From: Oopsacas minuta
Taxonomy: Eukaryota > Animalia > Porifera
DNA length: 64,000 nt
Assembly: GCA_024704765.1 (NCBI GenBank)
Contig: JAKMXF010000299.1
Location: 496,001-560,000 of the forward strand
Reading direction: 5' to 3'
The notes under the pieces were generated by a model, which did not search any database, had not been told where the DNA came from, and saw nothing but the letters and a program-made list of their open reading frames with translations. The translations under genes and the position numbers were made by a program. Below are positions 11,849-21,885 of this stretch, piece by piece (position 1 is the first letter of the stretch; each line of letters opens with the position of its first letter).

Positions 11849-12345
11849 TTAATAAAAGTTTGAAATAGGTGTATACTCCTCGCGAATAGTAGAGAGACTG
11901 CAAACATCTGTTAAAGCAGATTTTCTATTTGTTCTATTATTTCTGACATAATTTGGATCCTGTATGACAATTGGCAGTGATCTGGTCCTCCTGACCAATG
12001 AGTGTGACCTCCTGGACTTATTTAACCTTAAAGCACTATCAGCTGTCATGCCTCTCGGCTCTACGGACATCTTTTGGCGTTGTTTTCCATGAATACATCT
12101 GAATACGAACCGATACTAAAGAATAGATTAATAAAAGTTAATAATATGAATATTTTCAGATGTATTTATTATATATCAATATACAACAATTACGTGTATT
12201 AAATTTAATTTGCTTTCTGAATTTCCTCACTGCTTTTTACCTTATTTTTTGCTGCCTGGATAATCCATGCCATGCCTAGAGTGACAGAAAGAAGAGTTGC
12301 AACAGTCACAAAGTACCACCACAGATTATCTAGTAACTTCTCCAT
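11849..12345 (-). CDS. Small single-pass membrane protein (~123 aa), two exons 12345-12241 and 12115-11849
   Basis: MEKLLDNLWWYFVTVATLLSVTLGMAWIIQAAKNK|GTAAAA donor joins in phase 0 to acceptor TATTCTTTAG|TAT (YRFVFRCIHGK...EEYTPISNFY*). One TM segment followed by a basic stop-transfer. Confidence 0.5.
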
Positions 12346-13145
12346 CTCCACTTGGTTAAATTCAATTGCAAATTATCTTATTAAAATTAACCAAAATATA
12401 TCCTTTATATACTCCAACAGAGCTAGATTGTCACAGCCTTAATTGTATAATGAAACTGATTAGTACAAAAGTTAAACAATGGAAGAATTGGTTAATGTAA
12501 CCGAATCTCTACTGGTGATCTCTTACGTTGCTTGTTTTCAGCTGACTTACTTCAGGTGATTTTTGATCAAGTATTAAATTAGAAGCTCTTAGAAACTTTC
12601 ATTGTGGTGATTCTTCAGTTTTAAAATGGAGCTGTAAGTTGAAAGCGTCTGCATAAATTATTTCTGATAAAACTTGTGTAAATTAAGAGATGAGTTCTCT
12701 TTCCACGAATTAGCATAATTAAGGACCTGGAAATTTACATTTACATGCAAAATGAAATCAACTTCTTGATAAATACGTCAATTTACTACTGATTATGTGG
12801 AGGTACGTACTAGCATAATGTGTGGAAATAGCTATTTTGGGATGTCTCGGATATCAGTTTCAAGAGTCACAAAAAGTCTACAAAGTTCATGCTGTGTTCA
12901 TGCCAAGTCCTAACGAAACCTGAAGTTTCATGCTAAGTTCTTACCAAACATAAAAGTTAATGCTACAAACCTGAAAATCTTGTTATATTCATGCCAAGAT
13001 GATGTCTAAAGTAAAGGTTTATGCCAAATTCATTCCAAAGCAAAATCAATGAACTTTTTGTTCTTGATCTGGCAGCACTACATACCAAGCAAAGCGTATC
13101 AACAAATATAATGCTATCAGTAATGTTAGCTTAATTAACGTTATA

Positions 13146-14423
13146 GAGGGCACTCGAAAAGTTTTGTCGTTTGTTATCAAACCACAAATACTTTCTAATA
13201 AGTTTATTTTATATCTATTTTTGACGCATATTATTTACCTACACAACAAATTCCATCAGTTTATCTTTTGTACTTTTCGAATTGCTTGATTTCTAAAAGC
13301 TATGGCTTGTATGGTTCCTCAACCAGAATTTGAGCTACAAGACACGATTTTAGAGCGATGATTTTAATTTTGTTCAAACTTGAGAAGAGCCGTTTGGAAA
13401 TACACGAAACTTTGCAGAACCACTTTCCAAATATAGCTCCTTGTTTGAGAACAGTAGAGCGATGGTACTCAAAGTTTATTCATGGAAATTTTATTCTTGA
13501 AAAGGGTCCCCGTCCTGGTAGGCCAGTATTACACACACGGTCGAAATGTAGAGCTAGTGTTGGACGAAGTAACAAAAGACCCTCATGTTACTTACGCTCG
13601 GAACATGAAACCAAATTGTCATCGGGGAGTATAAACGTCATCTTACATAAAGAGCTCGGTCTTAGAAGTTATGTGTACGTTGGATCCCGCATTCTTTGTC
13701 GTCCGATCAGAAAAAGTGCCGAGTGAACTTTGCAAAATTATGCTTAAAAGATTTACTAATGGAACTTCCAGAGCTGTTTCTGAAATACTCACAGGCGATG
13801 AGACATGGATATACCACTATGACCCAGAAACGAAGAGACAATCTAAGGAGTGGGTCGAAGAAGGTGGTTTACCTCCAACAAAGGTCCGGAGAATTAGATC
13901 AGTCGGAAAGCAGATGTGGGCGAATTTCTTTAGACGTAGTGGATTGTTGAAGGAATTGCACTTGAGGATAGGAAGACAGTTACAGCTGATTGGTATACCA
14001 CAATATGTCTTCCGAAAGTATTCAGTGCTATCGAAAAACAACGTGAGAAGTCAGGTGTCTGAGGAATCCTGCTTCATCACATACAGCACTAAGAACTCGT
14101 GAGTTTTTAGAGATTCTAGGGTCGGAACGCTACCCCACCCACCCTACAGTCCAGATCTACCCCCTTGCGATTTTTGGTTATTCCCAAAGCTGAAAGATCA
14201 ACTTCGTGGGAGGAGATTTTTCAGCAGTGAAGAGTTGACCGGGAACTTTTCTTAACAATTGAGGAGATACCCAAAGAAGAATGGAAAATGTGCTTTGATA
14301 CCTGGTTTAAACGCATGAAAAGGTGTTGTAGTGTCAGGGCGAGTATTTTGAAAAATGTGACCATATAATATGTAACACCTATCATATAAGTATATAAACG
14401 ACACATTTTTCGAGTGCTCCTCC
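13146..14423 (+). mobile_element. Decayed mariner transposon
   Basis: Imperfect TIRs GAGGGCACTCGAAAA..GTCGTTT / AAACGAC..TTTTCGAGTGCTCCTC with flanking TA. Frameshifted transposase: TVERWYSKF...RPGRP, ILTGDETWIYHYDPETKRQSKEW, PHPPYSPDLPPCDFWLFPKLK. The second catalytic D region is disrupted. Confidence 0.9.
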
Positions 14424-14425
14424 TA

Positions 14426-15336
14426 CAGGGTGGCCAATAAGTTCTGACCCATTGATAAAAATTCATAATTCAAAAAATATCAAACTATATTCACTGAGAT
14501 TTATTCCAGTTCTATTAGATAACTACAGGGTGGCTCCAAAGTTCTGATACAAACCATTTTGTCTATAATATTTATTCAGCATGACCTACATTATTGATTC
14601 TCTATTATAATTAATACATACTATTAGGAAGAGATTGCCTAGTCATTTATTCAATATAACCGCCCTTTTTGGAAATGACAGCCCTGAGTCTGTTCGGGAA
14701 TCCTTCTACTGCAGCACGCAGAGTTTCTTGGGGGTATCTTCTCCCATTCTCGACACAAGGAAATCTTTAGAGAGCTAACTGTGTTGTGTGACACAGAACA
14801 AGCCTTGTTTTCCAAGATAGACCATACAGAATAGTCCATGGGATTTAAATCGGGACTGTATGGTGGCCATTCATCCTTATGTATAAAATTGGGAATATTG
14901 TGCTTCAGCCAATCTTGGGTCGTATTGGCCGTATGGGCGGGAGCACCATCTTGTTGGAAGACAAATTGCTGTCCAGAAAACATGGTCTGGCTCAGACCTT
15001 TACCACAGGCTCTAATACAAGCTCTTGGTATGTTTTGGCATTGATTTTCACTCCTGGGGGGATGAAAATCAGTGGTGTCCGACCAACAGCAGAGACCCCA
15101 GCCCAAACCATCACCGACAGTGGTTTCTTCATCCGACTGATATATCTGAACTTATCAGGGATCGCTGAAACTGAGGTCGAGATGACTCTGTCGTTTTGGC
15201 TATTTGTAGCCTCTTCAATGGTGAAAATTTTCTCATCTGAGAAAATGGTATTTTCGAGAACTCCAATAGCGTGTAGAGCAAGTAGGCTCTTGCTCCGGGA
15301 CACTCTCTTTTCTTTCACCGACCCAGATAGGAATTG
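14426..15336 (-). mobile_element. maT (DD37D) Tc1/mariner element, 3' half
   Basis: TA+CAGGGTGGCCAATA terminus. IFSDEK, VMVWAG and FQQDGAPAH...WPPYSPDLNPMD, with 37 residues between the 2nd and 3rd Asp. One frameshift. Confidence 0.88.
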
Positions 15337-16323
15337 NNNNNNNNNNNNNNNNNNNNNNNNNNNNNNNNNNNNNNNNNNNNNNNNNNNNNNNNNNNNNNNN
15401 NNNNNNNNNNNNNNNNNNNNNNNNNNNNNNNNNNNNNNNNNNNNNNNNNNNNNNNNNNNNNNNNNNNNNNNNNNNNNNNNNNNNNNNNNNNNNNNNNNNN
15501 NNNNNNNNNNNNNNNNNNNNNNNNNNNNNNNNNNNNNNNNNNNNNNNNNNNNNNNNNNNNNNNNNNNNNNNNNNNNNNNNNNNNNNNNNNNNNNNNNNNN
15601 NNNNNNNNNNNNNNNNNNNNNNNNNNNNNNNNNNNNNNNNNNNNNNNNNNNNNNNNNNNNNNNNNNNNNNNNNNNNNNNNNNNNNNNNNNNNNNNNNNNN
15701 NNNNNNNNNNNNNNNNNNNNNNNNNNNNNNNNNNNNNNNNNNNNNNNNNNNNNNNNNNNNNNNNNNNNNNNNNNNNNNNNNNNNNNNNNNNNNNNNNNNN
15801 NNNNNNNNNNNNNNNNNNNNNNNNNNNNNNNNNNNNNNNNNNNNNNNNNNNNNNNNNNNNNNNNNNNNNNNNNNNNNNNNNNNNNNNNNNNNNNNNNNNN
15901 NNNNNNNNNNNNNNNNNNNNNNNNNNNNNNNNNNNNNNNNNNNNNNNNNNNNNNNNNNNNNNNNNNNNNNNNNNNNNNNNNNNNNNNNNNNNNNNNNNNN
16001 NNNNNNNNNNNNNNNNNNNNNNNNNNNNNNNNNNNNNNNNNNNNNNNNNNNNNNNNNNNNNNNNNNNNNNNNNNNNNNNNNNNNNNNNNNNNNNNNNNNN
16101 NNNNNNNNNNNNNNNNNNNNNNNNNNNNNNNNNNNNNNNNNNNNNNNNNNNNNNNNNNNNNNNNNNNNNNNNNNNNNNNNNNNNNNNNNNNNNNNNNNNN
16201 NNNNNNNNNNNNNNNNNNNNNNNNNNNNNNNNNNNNNNNNNNNNNNNNNNNNNNNNNNNNNNNNNNNNNNNNNNNNNNNNNNNNNNNNNNNNNNNNNNNN
16301 NNNNNNNNNNNNNNNNNNNNNNN
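15337..16323. other. Scaffold gap (987 N)
   Basis: Run of N. Confidence 1.
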
Positions 16324-16370
16324 CATGCCTAGAGTATACATTAGCTTATAACTGTCTCTTATACACATCT
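16324..16370 (+). other. Assembly artefact: chimeric 28-mer plus Nextera/Tn5 mosaic-end adapter
   Basis: 16352-16370 = CTGTCTCTTATACACATCT. 16324-16351 is identical to 24169-24196. Confidence 0.95.
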
Positions 16371-17054
16371 TGTGTCCGTTTGTCATACAGATGCTTTTCT
16401 GTGATGCGCGAAGGCGTGTGGGCTAATATTCGATCATTCTGCTTATTAGTCGCTTCTTCTTTGGTGAATAATTTCTCGTCAGAAAATATGATATTCTGCA
16501 GGGTTGAGTTGCGAGCCGAGTCAGCATGCCCTTGCTTCTGGCAAGTCTCTTTTTCACAATTTTCTCAGAAAGGAAGTGAACTGTTCTTCTTTTAAACGAT
16601 TTGAGGTGCAAGTCGTTTTTCACAAGGTTTTGCATCGATCCATGCGAAACTTTGAGCTCAGAGGCCATTTTCCGGAGAGATCGTCGAGGATTTCGCCGTA
16701 TTCTATCGATCACAACTTTTTTCAGCCTCGGAGTTGTTACCGACTTTGGTCGACCGCTTCTTGGCATATCTTTTATGCCCCCAATCTTATTGTAACGTTG
16801 AATAGTGCGATTAACGATTTTCCTTCTCGATTTAGGGATATGGAGCAGTTTCAAAATTTCTCCTGGACATTTTCCATTAGAAAATAATTCAATTATTACT
16901 GCTCTTTCCTGATTCATTGTGAAAAAAATCTTGTGTGGGCTAATATGCAATCAAGGTGTTAGATGATGGTAGATAAATGGTCTACTTAAGATATAATTCA
17001 TTAGAAATAGTGAATACTACATATCTTACATTATGGTAATTATTGGCCACCCTG
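16371..17054 (-). mobile_element. maT (DD37D-type) element, 5' half, a diverged copy
   Basis: TATTGGCCACCCTG+TA terminus. HTH region MNQERAVIIELF...PRSGRP...RRNPRRSLRKMASEL, then a frameshift into IIFSDEKLFTKEEATNKQNDR. Confidence 0.85.
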
Positions 17055-17190
17055 TATATTGTATCAAAAGTCTTACAAGAAATATGTAATGTATTACACA
17101 TATAATGTTAGGGAAATAGTGTGCTCATGCTGAGATGAAAATACTTAAATAATAAGAAATTGAGTCAATAATCACTATTAAAACTGGATC

Positions 17191-18294
17191 ATGTATGAAC
17201 CAACTAAACATCAACAAAATTTCCGATTCTATACAAGTATAATATCTTGTATAATCTACACAGTCATATTTTCGCTATACTCCATATGGATACTTATAAT
17301 CGCCGTAAATACCCACAAAGTAATCCGAGGCTTACGTAGATATAAACGCAATATTGACATGGATGAGAACATATCCAAAGCTAAAATCCACAATTACAAT
17401 ACCAACATTGGGAGGAACATTATCTTGATATTGTTGGGAATGTCAGAATTAGGATACGGTTTGTTGGTATACATTTATGTAATATATTATTATTTACGTG
17501 AAATTGAGTTCGATACTGTCAAGGAGATATCACCAAATTGTACAGTCAGTTCTTGGCTGGATTATTCGTATAAGCATCAATTTATGTTAGTTTGGTATGG
17601 GAGTATTAATATTGGTGTAATCGTGACTATTAATCTACTTTCGCTTATAACTCGCTATCTCAAAAGCAGATATCTCAAATTTCCAGTTAAAAAGATATTA
17701 GCGAAATTCGCTATTTCTATATCAATTCAAGCAATAATAATCCTCGCATGTACTCTAATATATACCTTTTTGCTGTTGATGGTTATTGGACCTTGTCTCA
17801 TTCTAACCAACCTAATAATCCTAATTCGTGAGAGTAGAGATTTTTCAAGATTCCTTATTTTCAATAATCGAGGTTTATTTTTCCAATATAAAGATACACA
17901 ACACTACAAGATGCAAATTAAGCTACACAACTGGTACAAAATGACAATAATTTGTGTAATAGCATCATTAATATTCGGGATTTTTGCGCTAATATGTAGA
18001 AATATATTCTTTCTCCTAGAAATCGTACTATTCAGTAATTGTCTACTCAACAAGATCTATGGGATTCAGCTCGCTATTTATTCAACTCCAGGATGGACTG
18101 AGAATATGATTTTCATCCTGTCTCTCTATTTATTGCCAGTTTTCGGTCTACTCTGCTTAATATTCCACTGCATTCCAATTTTCGCAATTTCGGCTCTTTC
18201 GTTCGGAAATCTTTGTAAATCTATTGTAAAAACTCGTAGGTACAGATACAACTATAAGAACATGGAAAGTTTCATCGGTAAAAATAATCGTTAA
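17191..18294 (+). CDS. Orphan ~7-pass membrane protein (GPCR-like topology), intronless
   Basis: 367 aa with about seven hydrophobic segments, Cys in two predicted extracellular loops and a basic C-tail. No DRY/NPxxY motifs seen. Confidence 0.75.
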   Translation: MYEPTKHQQNFRFYTSIISCIIYTVIFSLYSIWILIIAVNTHKVIRGLRRYKRNIDMDENISKAKIHNYNTNIGRNIILILLGMSELGYGLLVYIYVIYYYLREIEFDTVKEISPNCTVSSWLDYSYKHQFMLVWYGSINIGVIVTINLLSLITRYLKSRYLKFPVKKILAKFAISISIQAIIILACTLIYTFLLLMVIGPCLILTNLIILIRESRDFSRFLIFNNRGLFFQYKDTQHYKMQIKLHNWYKMTIICVIASLIFGIFALICRNIFFLLEIVLFSNCLLNKIYGIQLAIYSTPGWTENMIFILSLYLLPVFGLLCLIFHCIPIFAISALSFGNLCKSIVKTRRYRYNYKNMESFIGKNNR

Positions 18295-18347
18295 ATGTAT
18301 TTCCTAATATATTTTGTAGTTTAGTATTGCTCTTTAGATTCATATTA

Positions 18348-18637
18348 TCTATATTATTAAAACTCAATCATTGTGTGTGTGTTTGTCCACTTTTATATTA
18401 TTATTATAGGGGAAGATGGATAACGGGCAAACATATCCTTCTGTTGACGATATAGGAGAAGTAAAAAGTAAACAATTACATTGGGGTAATCGAGTATGCT
18501 GATTCCGATTTTCACACTTACGAATTAGTCATATGTAAATTTATTTGTTGTTTTTATGAATAAATGTAAACAAATAAATCTCGACGAAGTACCGAGCCCC
18601 ATACAAATGCGAAGCGCGAGCAAGCGAAGGGCGTTAG
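18348..18637 (+). mobile_element. Non-autonomous Helitron-like element
   Basis: A|TCTATATTATTAAA start, (GT)n/GTTTGTCC microsatellite, GC-rich 3' end GCGAAGCGCGAGCAAGCGAAGGGCGTTAG|T. No TIR or TSD. Confidence 0.6.
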
Positions 18638-18739
18638 TAATGAACTAATGTCTAATGACTTTCGTTTAATTAATTACTAAACCTATCCGGAAATTTTCAC
18701 AAAAGAATTCAAGCAAGCATTATGCTGTATATAATGATG

Positions 18740-19155
18740 AGCCTTTGGCTCGTCGCTTCGCGATGAACTCGGCGCATTGCGGCTCGAGGCATTCAACGGA
18801 CAAACAAACAGCCAAACAACAATTGAGATATAAAAGTATTGATGTTGTTTACAATATTCAGAATCATCATACTCGATTATCCCAGTATAGCCGATGAAAG
18901 TATGATTCTACCTCAATTTTGAAATTTGTTTACTTTATATTCATAAAAACAACAATACATTTATATATGATTAATCCAAAAGTGTGAAAATCGGATTCAG
19001 CATGTTCGATATATTTAGTGAAGTTTTATTGAATTCTATTTACTTGATAAACAGAATAAATACATAATTATGCGACAATTTCAAAATTGCATAGCGTAAA
19101 TCCTTTCCTTGACAACTGACAAACAAACAAACAATCATTGAGATTTAATAATAGA
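18740..19155 (-). mobile_element. Helitron-like repeat family copy
   Basis: About 220-bp core (CAAGGAAAGGATTTAC...CGAACATGCTGAATCCGATTTTCACAC) nearly identical to copies at 48.1, 50.7 and 55.0 kb. Confidence 0.7.
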
Positions 19156-20418
19156 TTTGTCATTTTCCAACAAGTATTATAATGTATCTGATCTCGTTGA
19201 TACTCTATCAATTTTTGGTTAGTAAGTAAGACCCAACAATTGGGCGGAAGAAATAAGATTCTTGGAATTTCGTCCAGTTGAATATTTGTATTGGAAGATT
19301 CATCCAAAAGGGAACTAAGGAAACTCTCTGGAAAACTCTCCTAGAATACTTTCTGAACGCGAAATTCTAGAGGGGTTAGCTTCACCATGAAAAAGAGATA
19401 AAGAAGATAAAATTAATCTAATTAATAATTCGGTTACTGATTAAGTCACAGTTATTATTGTTTGCTATTTCTTTTAATAGTTAGTTAATCCAATACTGAG
19501 GTCTTATTAGTAAGTAGAAATATTCAGCCGCCGTATTCATGAAGAAGATAAGTTCGAACTCTAAATTCTGTAATCAGTAACAACAGTATACAGAGGCTAA
19601 TTAACTAGCCTATGGTTGGTATACAAATTTCGTGCATTGTCAAATTCGCGGCATTTTTCGTATACGAATATAACAGTGATTTTAGAGAATTATACGAACA
19701 TTTGGCTCGATCGCTTCGATGATACAAGTCTCTCTCACAAATCCCGAAATTGGTATTTAATAAAGAAATTCAGGAAAACTCAGCATTTTCTTCTATGAAG
19801 TCATAAACTCTCCTTGAGGATGTCCTAATGCAGATATATACAACCCGAGCTGCTTTTCATCAAACCAGCTGGAGAGTGGAAACAAATAACGTTGTGTAAG
19901 TATTGGCTGTGAAGATAAAGAAACTCCGTGTACATAAGAATTTTATAATATAAATTGTGTATAATGATTCTCCCGGATTTACTATAATTGAAAGCGTGTT
20001 GAAAGCAGATATATAGCGATCGGGCATGAATCAGGATGTCCAAACCAGCCAGACCGTTTGTGCTGCACCTGTAATAGATAAACCTCCGAGAAGAGAAGAG
20101 GACAACATCTCTAAAAATCCCCAAAGCCAATATACAAACAATTGCAAATAATCACCTGCTGAGATTATCATAATAATTCACTGAGATTCACACAAATTCA
20201 TTATCACATCAATATGGTATATACCAACAGAAAATTTAAACGAGACAAAAATAATCAATGAATTTATCAACAAAATGGTAAAACTACACCCAAACAAACA
20301 TACTACAATATTCAATATACATATCAATATACACAGTTAATTAATATACATTTATTGATACAATTAAGACTCTGAATAGAAGAGAAATGATAATTTAGCC
20401 CAGCAATCCGGACAGTCA

Positions 20419-21414
20419 CTAATTGGGTAATCCCTGCTTGAGACAGTATTTTTCTCCGTTAGCTGCAGTTAATATTGGATTGACTCTATAGTGCTCGTAC
20501 AGCTCTTGAAAAGTAGCAAAAACACGTGGGCCTATGCTATACTCACCCTTTTCGTTCTTTTCAATTTGAAAGTGCTTAATTCTGTCAGGTGCCATTACAC
20601 TGAGAGAGTAGCAACCCTCTCTGGTGGCTTCTCTAACTACAAAGTCTCCATGAGCTGCTCGACTCCTCAGCATGGTCTCAGCCTGTACACGCTGTATTCT
20701 GTGATAGAAAGGGAGTGTCACAATGTCCTGGTCTCCGGTGGGAGGGGACTCAGGCTTACCTGGGGGCAAGGGAGCACAAACAGGGGAAGAATTCTCTAAG
20801 GTTTGGACGTAATTATACGGAATCAAACCAACAGATCCATTAGCTTTCATTGCCTCCCACCATTCAGGATCTAGCTGAGGTTTATCGATAATATCCATTA
20901 CTTCTCCTGGTACGAAGCTTAGCTCATCAGGATTACCCGAATCGAAATTATACTTAGCCTTTACTCCGTGAATAAAATATTTCTCATTACAAGGTGAAGC
21001 TGCATCTGGAACGATCTGTTTGACAAAATTATTCGGAAACCAACCGTTTTTATTGGCTAAACTACCATACCACCAGCCGTCATCCGCTCGGTCTAAAATT
21101 CTGATTTTGTCTCGCACATTTAAAGTCAGTTCATCATCTAGTTTAGCCGTATAAGGGAAGATTGCAATAGCGTATGTTTCCCCAGAGGTTTCTCCATTCT
21201 GTGCGTTAACTTTAGGACCTCTGTATCTGGAGAAGAAAGTAGCAGGTGCAGAGCCAATCGAATTATTATCCGATTTCATTATCCACCAATCACCGTCAGA
21301 TCTAATAAGTTGGAAGAGTTCGTTCTTTTGGAATGACAGCTCTCCAGCGTTGCTAGACTTGTAGTCATGTAGACTAGTGTACCAGCTGCCAACCATAGGA
21401 GATTGATCTGACAT
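20419..21414 (-). CDS. NCK: NCK adaptor (SH3-SH3-SH3-SH2), intronless
   Basis: Three SH3 domains (ELSF/ELTL...WW...G.(A/F/I)P) including the Nck-typical DPEWW in SH3-3. C-terminal SH2 (GDFVVRE...YSLSVMAPDRIKHFQI). Confidence 0.93.
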   Translation of the reverse strand: MSDQSPMVGSWYTSLHDYKSSNAGELSFQKNELFQLIRSDGDWWIMKSDNNSIGSAPATFFSRYRGPKVNAQNGETSGETYAIAIFPYTAKLDDELTLNVRDKIRILDRADDGWWYGSLANKNGWFPNNFVKQIVPDAASPCNEKYFIHGVKAKYNFDSGNPDELSFVPGEVMDIIDKPQLDPEWWEAMKANGSVGLIPYNYVQTLENSSPVCAPLPPGKPESPPTGDQDIVTLPFYHRIQRVQAETMLRSRAAHGDFVVREATREGCYSLSVMAPDRIKHFQIEKNEKGEYSIGPRVFATFQELYEHYRVNPILTAANGEKYCLKQGLPN

Positions 21415-21885
21415 TATAACTATTTATAATTTTATCTAATTGCTGGATGAAATTTAAAAGGAATTCAAAAGTTTTTGCTGTACATACCAAGAATGAATTT
21501 GCTGTACTTTCCCAGTGAATTACAATATACACTAAGTAGTTATTGTCAGATTAAAGGAACATGATATTTGAGTAGCTACAGTTTGGATAATAAAGTGTTA
21601 AATTAAATGCAATACCAGCACTACATGTTCTGAATGACAGATGGCATAAAGTTTAGGTCCTGCAGATGAAAGGTAGATAGACTTAACGTGTAGGTAGAGC
21701 ATACAAAATTAAAGAACATATCCATAGGTGTCGTTACCTGGAAAAGGTTACGATATCCATGAACATAGTCTAATACTTGAGGAATTATTTAGCTTACATC
21801 AAGTTTAAGAATCAAAAATGAATAGTTCTAGAACAATATCAAATTATAAGAATTCTCATCTCCCTAATCAAACTAAAAATTATTT

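Noticed and set aside
14879-16386. Long ORFs (490, 464, 332 aa) spanning the N run
   Set aside because: They are artefacts of translating Ns plus adapter sequence; the only real content is the maT transposase fragments.
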